Positions 62,192-64,000 of a stretch of 64,000 bases of DNA are shown piece by piece; the stretch's first letter is position 1, and every line of letters begins with the position of its first letter. The notes under the pieces were generated by a model that saw only the letters and a list, made by a program, of their open reading frames with translations, was not told the origin of the DNA and did no database searches. The stretch spans positions 1,776,818 through 1,840,817 of the forward strand of contig MKVW01000009.1 in assembly GCA_001898965.1 (NCBI GenBank). The letters are read 5' to 3'. Source of the DNA: Rhizobiales bacterium 62-17 (GTDB lineage Bacteria > Pseudomonadota > Alphaproteobacteria > Rhizobiales > Beijerinckiaceae). The position numbers and the translations under genes were made by a program.

Positions 62192-63100
62192 TTGCGCATC
62201 AAACTCCGGCATGTGGAAGTTCTGATCGCTTTGTCCGAGACGGGCAGCATCAGAGCTGCGGCGCGGCTGCTGCGACTGAGCCAGCCGGCTTTGAGCAAGG
62301 TCATTCGCCAGATGGAGAATGACTTCAACGTGCCCTTGATCGCGCGCACCCCACGCGGCGCCATTCTGACGGAATTCGGACAGACCATCCTCGCCCATGC
62401 GCGCGTCGTTCAAGCCGATGTGCGTCGCCTTGAGGATGAGATCGATCGGTTGCGCGGCCGTCAGAAGGGAACGATCACCGTGGCGGTTTCGCCGCTGGCA
62501 TCGACCTTGATCATTCCCGCGGTTCTTCCGCCTTTCTGCGCGAAATATGCCGATATCGAGGTGAAAATATCGGAAGGCATCTATCCGCCGGTCTTGGCGC
62601 CACTCCGTGATGGTCTGATCGACTTTGCTGTCGGTCCCGCACCGCCGGCATTTCTCGCTGCTGAGCTGGATGTCGAAATTCTGCTCGAGACGGAGATCGT
62701 CGTGACGGGGCGGTTCGATCATCCCGCGAAAAAAGCCAAGTCCCTCCGGGATTTGACAAAGAGAAACTGGCTGACCTTGGGGCCGGCCGGCAGTCTGGGC
62801 GAGCTGTTCGTAGAAGCATTTGAAACCCGTGGTCTCAAGCCGCCTCGCACGACGATCAAATCGGAATCTTTCGCTACGGCGTTGGCTTTGGTCGAAGCAA
62901 CCGACTTCCTCGTTGTCTTACCGCGGAAACTGGTTGCACCGCTGCAAGCGCAAAAGCGCCTGCAAGCGATAGAACTGGAAGATGAACTGCCGAAATCGCG
63001 GATCGCGCTGAGCAAGCGTTCGACCATCCCGCTGTCGCCAGCCGCGCAACATCTTTCAACGCTGATCCGCCGCCGCGCCTCCGCACTAGCCCGTAGCTAG
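62192..63100 (+). CDS. LysR-family transcriptional regulator
   Basis: 302 aa (TTG start); N-terminal HTH (LRHVEVLIALSETGSIRAAARLLRLSQPALSKVIRQME) and LysR substrate-binding domain; divergent from the catabolic genes. Confidence 0.85.
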   Translation: MRIKLRHVEVLIALSETGSIRAAARLLRLSQPALSKVIRQMENDFNVPLIARTPRGAILTEFGQTILAHARVVQADVRRLEDEIDRLRGRQKGTITVAVSPLASTLIIPAVLPPFCAKYADIEVKISEGIYPPVLAPLRDGLIDFAVGPAPPAFLAAELDVEILLETEIVVTGRFDHPAKKAKSLRDLTKRNWLTLGPAGSLGELFVEAFETRGLKPPRTTIKSESFATALALVEATDFLVVLPRKLVAPLQAQKRLQAIELEDELPKSRIALSKRSTIPLSPAAQHLSTLIRRRASALARS

Positions 63101-63212
63101 CGATAACCCGGGGTTATCGCGCGAGCGTTTTGCGCGGCTAGGCAAGCCACGACCACCGCGACAAATCTGTCACGGGGCACCAAGCCTCGCGAAGACGGGT
63201 TTTGGAAACGCC

Positions 63213-64000
63213 ATGGCGGATGTGCGCAATATCTTATTCATTATGTGCGACCAGCTCCGCTGGGATTATCTGTCTTGTACGGGCCACCCGACACTCTCGA
63301 CCCCCAATATCGATCGTTTGGCTAGCATGGGCGTGCGTTTCGATCGCGCCTTCGTCAATGCGCCCGTCTGCGGTCCGTCCCGCATGAGCTATTACACGGG
63401 CCGTACGGTCTTCTCCCATGGCGCGACCTGGAATTTCGTCCCGCTGCCGATCGGAGAACTGACTCTAGGTGACTATCTCCGTCCCTCAGGCGTGCGTGTT
63501 GCGGTGGCGGGTAAAACCCATGTCCGTCAAGATAGCGCCGGACTGGCGCATTTGGGGCTCACTGCCGACACCGAAATCGGCGCGCGCATCGCGGAGGGCG
63601 CCTTCGAGCCGTTCGAACGCGATGATGGCTTGCATCCCCCCGGTCTCGATCAAAGCGGCCTCTCCTACAACCGCTGGCTCGCGGCACAGGGATATGACGG
63701 GGAGAATCCCTGGAACGATTGGGCCAATGCGGCGACGGGCCCCAACGGCGAAACTCTATCGGGATGGAATCTGAAAAACTCGATTTATCCCGCACGCGTG
63801 AAAGAAGAGCATTCCGAAACGCCGTACATCACGAACCGAGGCATCGAGTTCATCGAGGACAGCAAGGACAAGCCCTGGCTCTTGCATCTGTCCTACATCA
63901 AACCGCATTGGCCCTATATCGCACCCGCGCCCTATCATGCGATGTTCACGCAGGATCAGGTGTTGCCGGCGATCAAGTCGGACCGGGAGCTGATCGATCC
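63213..64000 (+). CDS. sulfatase family protein (5' part; the gene runs off the window end)
   Basis: Own translation from ATG 63213: MADVRNILFIMCDQLRWDYLSCTGHPTLSTPNIDRLASMGVRFDRAFVNAPVCGPSRMS... with sulfatase signature C-x-P-S-R (CGPSR). Confidence 0.8.
   Translation, partial: MADVRNILFIMCDQLRWDYLSCTGHPTLSTPNIDRLASMGVRFDRAFVNAPVCGPSRMSYYTGRTVFSHGATWNFVPLPIGELTLGDYLRPSGVRVAVAGKTHVRQDSAGLAHLGLTADTEIGARIAEGAFEPFERDDGLHPPGLDQSGLSYNRWLAAQGYDGENPWNDWANAATGPNGETLSGWNLKNSIYPARVKEEHSETPYITNRGIEFIEDSKDKPWLLHLSYIKPHWPYIAPAPYHAMFTQDQVLPAIKSDRELID

Overview
The window is a high-GC (~64%) chromosomal segment that looks alphaproteobacterial, probably Rhizobiales-like. This rests on the tRNA-His identity set (G1·U72 pair with A73), on the gene orders rpmH-rnpA-yidC-engB-argB and def-fmt-truA, and on the presence of phasins. 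All protein assignments are motif and family recognition done by eye on the ORF translations; no database search was possible.

Reading left to right, the content is:
- A nearly complete Tad/Flp pilus assembly locus: tadC (partial), tadB, cpaF, cpaE, cpaD, cpaC, cpaB, cpaA, an orphan secretin-N-domain protein and two TadE-like pseudopilins. No Flp pilin gene is visible nearby.
- purD, an MFS transporter, an L,D-transpeptidase and a 1132-aa PAS sensor histidine kinase.
- Two phasin genes behind TGC-N3-GCA repeats that resemble PhaR operator boxes.
- tRNA-His, a hypothetical protein, a RecD/Dda-like SF1 helicase, a DedA protein and fhs, which has a long structured leader.
- A GST, a dienelactone hydrolase, an NDUFA9-like reductase, and matA-matB (malonyl-CoA decarboxylase and synthetase).
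- Two abutting tRNA-like genes (one reads as Arg-ACG, the other is aberrant), followed by an SPFH protein with no transmembrane helix.
- qor, an orphan tctC, an NDP-forming acyl-CoA synthetase, and an operon of a TVP38 protein, a cysteine-less flavoprotein and an orphan histidine kinase.
- The core block rpmH-rnpA-yidC-engB-argB-HAD-dapD-DUF805-DUF805-dapE with convergent truA-fmt-def; then a small repeat-containing protein, rmuC and a TRAP transporter (dctQMP).
- A LysR-associated catabolic cluster (Rieske ferredoxin, two amidohydrolase_2 proteins, an enolase-superfamily protein, an SDR, a HIBADH-like protein, a cupin) and the start of a sulfatase.

No CRISPR array, rRNA, transposase or integrase was seen. 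Most of the window is ordinary core genome. The candidates for less-described biology are the TVP38/Cys-less flavoprotein/HK operon, the Rieske+amidohydrolase catabolic cluster, the aberrant tRNA pair with the neighbouring SPFH gene, and the small gene pair after tRNA-His. None of these carries a hallmark of a known defence system.
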